Part shown: one piece after another, positions 63,001 to 64,000 of the stretch | Layout of the letters: every line of letters starts with the position of its first letter | Numbering within the stretch: the first letter of the stretch is position 1 | DNA from: Candidatus Omnitrophota bacterium | GTDB taxonomy: Bacteria > Omnitrophota > Gorgyraeia > Gygaellales > Profunditerraquicolaceae | Direction of reading: 5' to 3' | Assembly: GCA_041662125.1 (NCBI GenBank) | Contig: JBAZTA010000002.1 | Coordinates: forward strand, 76,154-140,153 | Length of the DNA: 64,000 bases | Made by a program: the position numbers and the translations under genes | Notes under the pieces: model-generated | Told to the model about the DNA's origin: nothing | The model's database searches: none | What the model saw: the letters and a program-made list of their open reading frames with translations, nothing else

Positions 63001-64000
63001 CGGCGAGTTTGGGGAGAGATTTTTCCGGGAGAGTTATAAAGACGGGAAATTAGTAGTTCAGAGCATAGCGCAGCCCAAGAGAAGCGCCTCTCCGCGGGGG
63101 GACGTACTGACCCTTCCCCTGTTAGCTGGATTAATCGCTCCTTTCGATTATAAACAATTTTACCTTTACAATGAGGCATTAAATAATCATCTGTCTTCTT
63201 TCTTTTTTACCTATGAGTGGCTTATTAAAGCAGGGGTATTTTCCTTAATTTTTATTCCTGCGGGATACGTTATTTATAGGTACATTTCGTATATAAAGAA
63301 AATATCATTGAAAAAACTTCCGCCGTATTTTTATCAGTCTTTAAAGACAGCAATCTTAAATAAATTCATGCTCTGTAATCTTGCCGTGTATGGCATTGGT
63401 TTGTACCTTGCTGATCAAATTGTGGGAGCCCCAGAGTATGTTATAAAAATCTGCCCTCTCAGCAATGCTTTATTATTCATATACATAGCAATGTCAATAT
63501 TAATTTACAAAATATCTTTGGAGTCAATTTTTAGTATAGATGCAAAGATTAATCAGTATTTAATTGAATTAAAGAGAATCAGGAAAACAAAAGATAATGA
63601 TAGAAGAAATAAAAATGTCCCCATTTCTCCTTCTGTTTCAAGTTCTCCTATAGAAGAGATACCTGCGGTATTGCGCAATGTAGCGAAAATATTGCAACCG
63701 CTCTTAAAACCTGATGAAGATTTCTATTTTAACGGAGGCATCGTCAGGGATTTGCTGTTAGGGAAGTTGTTGGATATTCGCGATATAGATATTATTATTG
63801 TTACCCAGGCCAATAGCCGCGTACAAGAGATAATAGATGAATTAAAGGCTCAGGGGTTGGAGAGAGACGGTTGTATCATGATGGATGGGGTTATTTTAGA
63901 TATAGGCAGTAATGAAGATGGTAAAGGTAATATTCACAGGCATGGTGATGGGGTTATCGCTTGTTTTACCCGTATGCTCGGTAGGCCCGTGTTGGTTAAA
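2..64000 (+). CDS. Internal fragment of a giant multi-domain ORF, at least 21,333 codons, 5' and 3' ends outside the window. Mosaic of enzyme-like, regulator-like and transmembrane modules.
   Basis: Codon phase starting at nt 2 shows no stop in any of about 30 regions I translated by hand (e.g. 2-1900, 9002-9060, 15062-15240, 17222-17760, 26162-26440, 28982-29090, 29702-30780, 39782-40324, 42002-42060, 46202-46320, 57902-58300, 58502-59100, 62342-62460, 63962-64000). The ORF track lists + strand ORFs only in the other two phases and none in this phase, although an in-frame ATG sits at nt 17. That is expected only if no in-frame stop exists in the window. Codon-like composition is uniform, and diverged paralogous modules stay in the same frame. 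Confidence 0.85.
95..109 (+). repeat. First copy of the recurring inter-module linker A-S-S-P-L (gcg tca tcg ccg ctg).
   Basis: The same [S/A]SP[LIMV] peptide, frequently encoded by the identical nucleotide string tcgccgctg, recurs in frame at about 25 further positions (listed in findings). Confidence 0.6.
110..331 (+). other. Cluster of hydrophobic, transmembrane-like helices.
   Basis: Translation VRVFGLTAALLCLPAFVFA and VFPVILGFVQQHYFFIVLASGIAYAYFVIY has the length and hydrophobicity of TM helices. More TM-like helices lie at about 1030-1220 (MSFAWLVYLMMQ, IMIALSPILLTWAVYLIAI). Confidence 0.4.
4322..4570 (+). other. HEAT/PBS-lyase-like repeat block.
   Basis: GIKIRLAVAMALGRKFNKVTGPEIIKLLYTEESNPYVVSQIAEVLGVIRYRPALALLEALK fits the V-R-x-A-A-x-x-A-L-G consensus spacing of HEAT-like repeats. 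Confidence 0.3.
7682..7813 (+). other. Helix-turn-helix-like motif, one of about three in 7400-8170.
   Basis: TLSAVAQELKMSRGNLQKFLRR resembles a Fis/XRE-type HTH. Nearby are LAVVLGKDPSSVSRGL and KKLAQRFGVAEITILRFF. Confidence 0.3.
9692..10300 (+). other. HEAT/ARM-like alpha-solenoid repeats.
   Basis: Repeating units such as DPRMRAYAYRIIGAIG, LRMLLLIGQQEG and PQAVVLCLIKSYTDDPSMIPVIDKIL recur with a 30-40 aa period. Confidence 0.35.
11027..11515 (+). repeat. Copy 1 of a conserved domain of unknown function (signature GH-x-VI-x-G ... FFFK ... EF ... TGE-x-I-x-VH ... IGG-x-RP ... MES-x-LDE).
   Basis: GHIVILGQVPQSGELKIGRKWARLDASLYGLSNYLLEMNNGIPVRMFFFKTHTALEFLPAVNNKTGGIEVVHMGQIF...LGDLSIGGGRPHSD...GLVWRLTSLESDLDRAYLRIM aligns with copies at 47465 and 49259. 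Confidence 0.5.
14696..14902 (+). other. ACT-like small regulatory domain upstream of the HD domain.
   Basis: LMRFTIPHQPAQLLRITRLLRERGINIQSFMTPTFSQYHQNMRFIMQLGIP has a beta-alpha-beta ACT-like pattern. Sequence-weak. Confidence 0.25.
15062..15469 (+). other. RelA/SpoT-type HD domain, like a (p)ppGpp hydrolase or Mesh1-type small alarmone hydrolase.
   Basis: MMHPLDVAIIAANQFGIRDEGLLEMIILAALLHDTIEDGDIS...FGDDIYAIVNLLTK...IAYLRQL...IARLIKIADRIHNLQTLAG matches the SpoT HD signatures HP-x-x-VA, AALLHD-x-IEDT and LIKLADRLHNMRTL. Confidence 0.75.
15842..16162 (+). other. Second HD-type metal-dependent phosphohydrolase domain.
   Basis: HTLSHGDDVSDLAGYLAQHLGL...RIASQLHDVEKIHNREV...IEFHHRPQM has the H...HD...H...D spacing typical of HD domains. 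Confidence 0.4.
16742..17182 (+). other. Site-2 protease, peptidase M50B (SpoIVFB-like) intramembrane zinc-metalloprotease module.
   Basis: Hydrophobic helix FTIPLTILFVIPLTLIFIIASILHEYVHLLMAKIFGLETGKVRLF carries HExxH in a TM segment followed by G-x-x-V. Downstream FIYLAGPAMDLFLGAVFLF matches the AGP-x-x-N-x-x-L motif, and NSLNPKYSTDEGLKSDGY matches N-x-x-P-x-x-x-x-DG. Confidence 0.55.
17213..17227 (+). repeat. Linker S-S-S-P-L (agc tcc tcg ccg ctg).
   Basis: In-frame copy of the recurring linker, with the octamer tcgccgct conserved. Confidence 0.6.
17228..17878 (+). other. Minimal protein-kinase-like fold module (eukaryotic-like, RIO or Kdo-kinase-like).
   Basis: NLVVRISK matches the beta-3 Lys. 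EFQRFQQLARLG matches the alpha-C Glu. MLVERVQGNSL is a hinge. YISDFKPANIMF matches the catalytic loop HRDLKPANIL. VICDAM sits in the DFG position. The module is delimited by SSSPL linkers at both ends (17213-17227, 17879-17893). Confidence 0.5.
17981..19228 (+). repeat. PHP (polymerase and histidinol phosphatase) phosphoesterase module, paralog copy 1.
   Basis: VDLHTHTVESDGYSNPAAAILEAFERGMSGLAITDHNTF...IPGLEITTYFEGVVVHLLVYLPGYY...VAHTGSKLAIAHPNE carries the PHP His/Asp motifs. It aligns along its full length with 38111-39385 (about 40-50% identity by eye). Confidence 0.7.
19502..19900 (+). other. Class-I SAM-methyltransferase-like fold (weak).
   Basis: PLYVLDWGAGNLRAAVRLGKML...IIDSAPNLF...LLSPHGVIVFDVYG resembles motif I hh-D-x-G-x-G and a post-motif-II strand. 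Confidence 0.3.
20171..20500 (+). other. TM helix cluster with a second HExxH motif (HEWLH), a possible membrane metalloprotease-like module.
   Basis: IVSIFALMLILQV, LAIFITGVILTLLNFMSGLGANILPF and YLLVWVLNKYF are TM-like. LLIHEWLHAYQIILIYHAG holds an HExxH at 20466-20480. Confidence 0.3.
20732..20743 (+). repeat. Linker S-S-P-L (tcc tcg ccg ctg).
   Basis: In-frame recurring linker. Translation is TNPVSSPLTVTDGF. Confidence 0.6.
20744..21601 (+). other. Alpha/beta-hydrolase-fold-like module (weak).
   Basis: VVISVHGLGCV (HG-x-G start), MVESYGAAVFVEW (nucleophile-elbow-like) and YVTGGDHYAAMTNPAVV (C-terminal His region) appear in the order expected for an alpha/beta hydrolase. Confidence 0.3.
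21611..21619 (+). repeat. Linker (A)-S-P-L (tcg ccg ctg).
   Basis: Translation is SAASPLALQD. Confidence 0.6.
23462..23473 (+). repeat. Linker S-S-P-L (tcc tcg ccg cta).
   Basis: Translation is EHASSPLEKV. Confidence 0.6.
24200..24799 (+). other. Nucleotidyltransferase head domain of the poly(A) polymerase or tRNA CCA-adding type, copy 1.
   Basis: EIIIAGGPVRDLLLGLRFNRGDNEAGIKDVDVIL matches the PolyA_pol head signature GG-x-VRD-x-LLG ... D-x-D. Confidence 0.65.
25085..25093 (+). repeat. Linker (SSSAA)-S-P-L (tcg ccg ctg).
   Basis: Translation is VSSSAASPLVLR. Confidence 0.6.
25196..25798 (+). repeat. Unknown-function module A (YYVNAG ... F-x-IHVVVTN ... GGFNGIMCNVGG ... GGWLQVDA).
   Basis: Aligns with module A-prime at 27173-27733: YYVNAGQEKDIEFLINTIAKYMG versus YYINAGHQPEITFLIESIADYMK, FEIHVVVTNVDPRG versus FKVHVVVTNIVPRR, GGFNGIMCNVGGD versus GGFNGILCNVGGA, GGWLQVDA versus DGWLQVDA. 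Both end in an [S/A]SPL linker. Confidence 0.55.
25802..25810 (+). repeat. Linker (A)-S-P-L (tcg ccg ctg).
   Basis: Translation is IGASPLAQRR. Confidence 0.6.
25811..26566 (+). other. Subtilase (peptidase S8)-like module with the catalytic Ser replaced by Cys.
   Basis: IIILDDFVID is an Asp-box-like stretch and VPHGILIEN is a His-box-like stretch. FVMCAGNGRQNSPGGY matches the Asn/oxyanion region AAGN. NVIPVAAAEISKTGYTKAYYSCFGPDVMFCADGSDSQNAQGTCIAAARISL parallels subtilisin SVIAVGA...SFSS-G-x-x-DV-x-APG...GTSMAAPHVAG, with GTC in place of GTS. Confidence 0.45.
27173..27733 (+). repeat. Module A-prime, paralog of 25196-25798.
   Basis: See module A. About 45% identity by eye. Followed by the SSSPL linker at 27734-27748. 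Confidence 0.55.
27749..29044 (+). other. Class-I SAM-dependent methyltransferase module, PrmA-like (ribosomal protein L11 MTase type).
   Basis: AERFRGARVLDLGCGRGISSLFAALLGAKTVVGVDNDP matches motif I plus the acidic post-I residue. LPFDIVMANIG matches the PrmA F-D-h-h-h-A-N-I motif. Core at 28190-28500. Confidence 0.7.
29045..29056 (+). repeat. Linker A-S-P-L (gcc tcg ccg ttg).
   Basis: Translation is KISAASPLASSIELLIFDLT. Confidence 0.6.
29057..29755 (+). other. HAD-superfamily hydrolase-like module (beta-phosphoglucomutase or phosphatase subfamily).
   Basis: IELLIFDLTQTL is a motif-I position reading D-L-T rather than D-x-D. YRLALATNNG matches motif II (S/T). KGKPDPGIFYELCKLQGVSPERAVSIGNSRQHDLEAAAQIGM matches motifs III-IV (K ... 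G-D-S-x-x-D, here GNS-x-x-D). Confidence 0.55.
29750..29764 (+). repeat. Linker S-A-S-P-L.
   Basis: agc gcc tcg ccg cta, in frame. Confidence 0.6.
30062..30745 (+). other. Sigma-70-family module (regions 2.1-2.4 and region 4) embedded in the giant ORF.
   Basis: AAREVLIVTNVPMVIYRVIRQY...DDLIQVGIYGRGDRVGGLARAVERFEPERGIRFISFALQWIDAVLLQAVRE parallels RpoD region 2 (LVEANLRLVVSIAKKY...[41 protein letters not shown]). LQLEISERDKDILSRLLDAEKQSYIANHYRIKPQRVQQIFKRLTKMLKE parallels region 4 (...[20 protein letters not shown]). Confidence 0.6.
30761..30775 (+). repeat. Linker S-A-S-P-L.
   Basis: agt gcc tcc ccg cta, in frame. Confidence 0.55.
31622..31792 (+). other. Phosphoribosyltransferase (type I PRTase, ComF/GntX-like) module with an atypical PRPP-binding loop.
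   Basis: VTDVDLRGKSVLLLDDAAAERNVHLACMERILRAGATQVFVVRIG follows the PRT pattern (hydrophobic strand, DD, loop, helix, GA..V) but reads DDAAAERN where the canonical motif is DD-x-x-TGGT. Confidence 0.35.
32195..32455 (+). other. Class-I methyltransferase-like module (PrmA-like core).
   Basis: MHVIDCGSGRAELSLAALRLNSSVDSIEIDS is motif I. REIAIVSNIGSWG matches the PrmA-like x-h-h-V-S/A-N-I motif. Bounded by TSPL (31817-31828) and SSPI (about 32672). Confidence 0.45.
35882..36136 (+). other. ACT domain-like module.
   Basis: FELSILAEDKPGLIALVISALSDSGISMFRLAPPQKESGLLSYEFIFQP...EADISKALSEIEGITYEVRLVP matches the ACT pattern (strand, G-x-h helix, strand; D/E-D-x-P-G-h-h). Confidence 0.45.
38111..39385 (+). 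repeat. PHP phosphoesterase module, paralog copy 2.
   Basis: GQIDLHTHTLLSDAYATPSAMVLKAYEEGLAGIAITDHDMF...IPGLEITTLFEGVEVHLLVYLPGY...VAQAGAKLAIAHPSE. Co-linear with copy 1 from the N-terminal SAARAIIEEVLG helix to the C-terminal tail. Ends at the ASPM linker. Confidence 0.7.
39782..40324 (+). other. TIM-barrel phosphate-binding module, ThiG (thiazole synthase)-like or IGPS-like.
   Basis: IQLIGECGIGEPEHVRQVLKMGCNGVLVNNAITQSADPIAAAVAFRDAV resembles the ThiG C-terminus (VDAGVGT-x-SDAA-x-AMELGCDAVLMNTAIA-x-A-x-DPV-x-MA-x-AF). Confidence 0.35.
41882..42040 (+). other. Transmembrane helix cluster.
   Basis: GGISTCLLMFGLFLSIFYAVAAYFESYNVLFVPLFIVWACRFYW. Two hydrophobic helices. Confidence 0.4.
44072..44596 (+). 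other. Phosphoribulokinase/uridine-kinase family P-loop kinase module (intact Walker A).
   Basis: PLYIVSVGGGAGVGKTTFVDRLKRAL is a Walker A of PRK/URK type. VQVIILDGLHV parallels the IIIEGLH motif. PIFMDTAVDVLKAWRFQQEW parallels FVDTD-x-DVRL-x-RRI-x-RD. Confidence 0.65.
45350..45700 (+). other. Possible GNAT acetyltransferase-like fold (weak).
   Basis: IYNIDIFPNMQREGIAKVILLKLFASCIEAERHLTIYDAGCADRIYNLVKYYF resembles GNAT motif A (Q/R-x-x-G-x-A ... h-x-h-x-V ... N ... A). Confidence 0.25.
47465..49258 (+). repeat. Tandem repeat unit 1 (about 1.79 kb, 598 aa): unknown domain copy 2 plus a charged helical tail.
   Basis: GHAVIAGTMPQGGSLSLGGYLFKFTQYGGVDYELEVEAGLLKRIFFMNDYSLVEFLSVLDRCTGEIIDLHCGKI...CQSMESEFDETFSLI...WINFGEEYSYRY...GELLAVFEKWSDK aligns residue-for-residue with unit 2, which begins 1794 nt downstream. 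Confidence 0.6.
49259..51100 (+). repeat. Tandem repeat unit 2: unknown domain copy 3 plus a coiled-coil-like tail.
   Basis: GHVVIRGVLKGNFALRIGEYSFGFRGYADSAYELEVDNGILRQIFFFKDHTLFEFFPIIDNHTGEVIDVHRGTI...CTSMESGLDEPFILI...WMDFGADCGYGF...GELIEVFERWSEN. About 35% identity to unit 1 by eye. Confidence 0.6.
50402..51250 (+). other. Charged coiled-coil-like segment.
   Basis: Runs such as LETEKIRVSGEKTIARRADTIRALIVEVNSLRQKIRRMDEKTAKLLEEDL and KEIRRKRLLSSREKELVRNLREDLRQANALASLEQL show heptad-like R/E/K/L periodicity. The - strand ORF 50725-51117 is its antisense shadow. Confidence 0.4.
52082..52399 (+). other. Pol-beta-superfamily nucleotidyltransferase module of GlnD/GlnE type.
   Basis: PFSVWMVGSMGYLGLARKGISDVNLLVLTE matches the h-G-S-x-G-R-G-E-L ... 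S-D-h-D-L-h-h-L catalytic motif of GlnD/GlnE-type NTases. Confidence 0.45.
54260..54730 (+). other. Uridine-kinase/PRK-like module with a degenerate P-loop (candidate pseudokinase).
   Basis: ADIKIFLECDEIERLQRIKDY and DADYVVDT parallel the uridine kinase C-terminal motifs. The Walker-A position reads AIIRITSRPGADEAEII, with no G-K-T/S. Confidence 0.3.
56228..56401 (+). other. Possible GHKL-ATPase N-box-like segment (weak).
   Basis: NYGEIHFALRDLLHNALVHGNHFKLSLPVFF resembles the E-x-x-x-N-A-x-x-H-G N-box of RsbW/SpoIIAB/histidine-kinase ATPases. Confidence 0.2.
57854..58330 (+). other. CheR-type protein-glutamate O-methyltransferase-like module.
   Basis: GEPLRMLCLGCEEGADAYMLAMELLESGW...VEITGVGINRFAIEIAQAGHF...LSEETVNKYF...YVINSRLKAMVSFQTANFLE...GGFDFILLNQMIDCF parallels CheR (LRIWSAACSTGEEPYSLAI-x-L ... 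I-x-ATDID ... A-x-x-G-x-Y ... YF ... V-x-F ... N-L-L ... FD-x-I-F-C-R-N-V-h-I-Y-F). Confidence 0.75.
58502..59134 (+). other. CoaB (phosphopantothenate-cysteine ligase; C-terminal Dfp/CoaBC domain) module, motifs intact.
   Basis: [54 protein letters not shown]...VIRVDVVTALEMKEAV...ISAAAVADYRP...LHNNPDIL...VVGFAAET...KNMDFICANRV...GFRSENNKVVII is co-linear with E. coli Dfp CoaB ([47 protein letters not shown] ... CAAVADYR ... KNPDIV ... VVGFAAET ... KNLDLICAND ... GFNSDNN). Confidence 0.85.
59282..59662 (+). repeat. Degenerate second CoaB-like half-domain, tandem to the intact one.
   Basis: KTILISAGSTEESIDGVRIVSRAVKFDLPYAIAAIARISGAKVVLISGPTHTPPPEGVRFIQVATAQEM keeps the CoaB fold signature, but the SSGK and AAVADY motifs are lost (SRAVKFDL, INLARPPF). 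Confidence 0.5.
60266..60760 (+). other. CPBP-family (CAAX protease/bacteriocin-processing, Abi) intramembrane metalloprotease module.
   Basis: Four hydrophobic helices carry the three CPBP motifs in order: APFAEEILFRRVIF (EExxxR), ISAALFAAYH (FxxxH) and IIILHAVSNIV (HxxxN). Confidence 0.8.
60761..60907 (+). repeat. Lys/Gly/Ala-rich low-complexity basic segment.
   Basis: SGDEKEKLKEKKGKVLQEKKGAAAEGRKKGKKNAASQKKSSSSALGE, immediately after the last CPBP helix. Confidence 0.5.
62342..62800 (+). other. PIG-L/LmbE-family deacetylase module (GlcNAc-deacetylase fold, like BshB/MshB).
   Basis: RASPPHPDDIEIAVGGLMAQLAQKGIEVTNLIFSSGERG matches the A-H-P-D-D-E-x-x-G-x-G-G-T-h-A ... H-x-V signature. Downstream IPHPRDDNKTHRI supplies the H-x-x-D-H-like metal ligands. 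Confidence 0.75.
63200..63499 (+). other. Transmembrane helix cluster.
   Basis: AGVFSLIFIPAGYVIYRYI, MLCNLAVYGIGLYLADQIV and NALLFIYIAMSILIYKI are TM-like. Confidence 0.35.
63701..64000 (+). other. Nucleotidyltransferase head domain (poly(A) polymerase or CCA type), copy 2, truncated by the window end.
   Basis: DEDFYFNGGIVRDLLLGKLLDIRDIDIIIVT matches GG-x-VRDLLLG ... D-I-D. Paralogous to 24272-24430. Confidence 0.6.

Noticed and set aside
2-64000. Operon of many separate genes instead of one ORF.
   Set aside because: No in-phase stop, no start-codon/RBS contexts at module boundaries, and module boundaries are occupied by conserved in-frame linker peptides.
2-64000. NRPS/PKS megasynthase, RHS/YD-repeat toxin, or Ig/cadherin-repeat giant adhesin.
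   Set aside because: I found no condensation (HHxxxDG), adenylation (A-core), carrier-protein (GG-H/D-S-L), ketosynthase or acyltransferase motifs. I found no YD repeats and no short tandem beta-sandwich repeats. The domain content is enzyme-like and non-repetitive at short scale.
2-64000. Insertion sequences, integrases, phage genes or other mobile elements.
   Set aside because: No transposase or integrase motifs (DDE, tyrosine-recombinase R-H-R-Y), no terminal inverted repeats and no non-coding islands anywhere in the window.

Overview
The whole 64 kb window appears to be one uninterrupted + strand reading frame (codon phase beginning at nt 2), open at both ends, so it is an internal slice of a giant gene of at least 21,333 codons. 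The supplied ORF track supports this: every + strand ORF listed lies in the other two phases, every - strand ORF is short (218 aa or less), and an in-frame ATG occurs at nt 17 with no reported stop downstream. I translated roughly 30 spot regions by hand and met no stop or frame break. There is no intergenic DNA, no rRNA or tRNA, no CRISPR array and no recognisable mobile element. The protein encoded is a mosaic of modules that each resemble an ordinary free-standing bacterial enzyme or regulator, separated by a recurring short linker [S/A]-S-P-[L/I/M/V], often encoded as the identical octamer tcgccgct. Enzyme-like modules read by eye: a RelA/SpoT-type HD (p)ppGpp-hydrolase-like domain, a second HD domain, ACT-like domains, a site-2-protease (M50B/SpoIVFB)-like HExxH membrane module, a eukaryotic-like protein-kinase-fold module, two paralogous PHP phosphoesterase modules, three class-I methyltransferase-like modules including a PrmA-like one, a CheR-type methyltransferase, a HAD hydrolase, a PRTase-like module, and a subtilase-like module whose catalytic Ser is Cys. 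Further modules: a sigma-70 region 2 to region 4 module, a ThiG-like TIM barrel, two PRK/uridine-kinase-like modules (one with a degenerate P-loop), a GlnD/GlnE-type nucleotidyltransferase, two CCA/poly(A)-polymerase head domains, an intact CoaB domain followed by a degenerate CoaB copy, a CPBP/CAAX intramembrane protease, a PIG-L/LmbE deacetylase, HEAT-like repeats, coiled coil, HTH-like motifs and several transmembrane helix clusters. Several module families recur as diverged internal paralogs, including a tandem duplication of about 1.8 kb. The most interesting reading is a giant, polytopic membrane-anchored megaprotein or polyprotein that carries its own proteases, possibly cut at the conserved linkers. 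Giant-gene lineages such as Omnitrophota come to mind, but that is speculation. All domain calls rest on by-eye motif recognition and need profile-HMM and structure confirmation.
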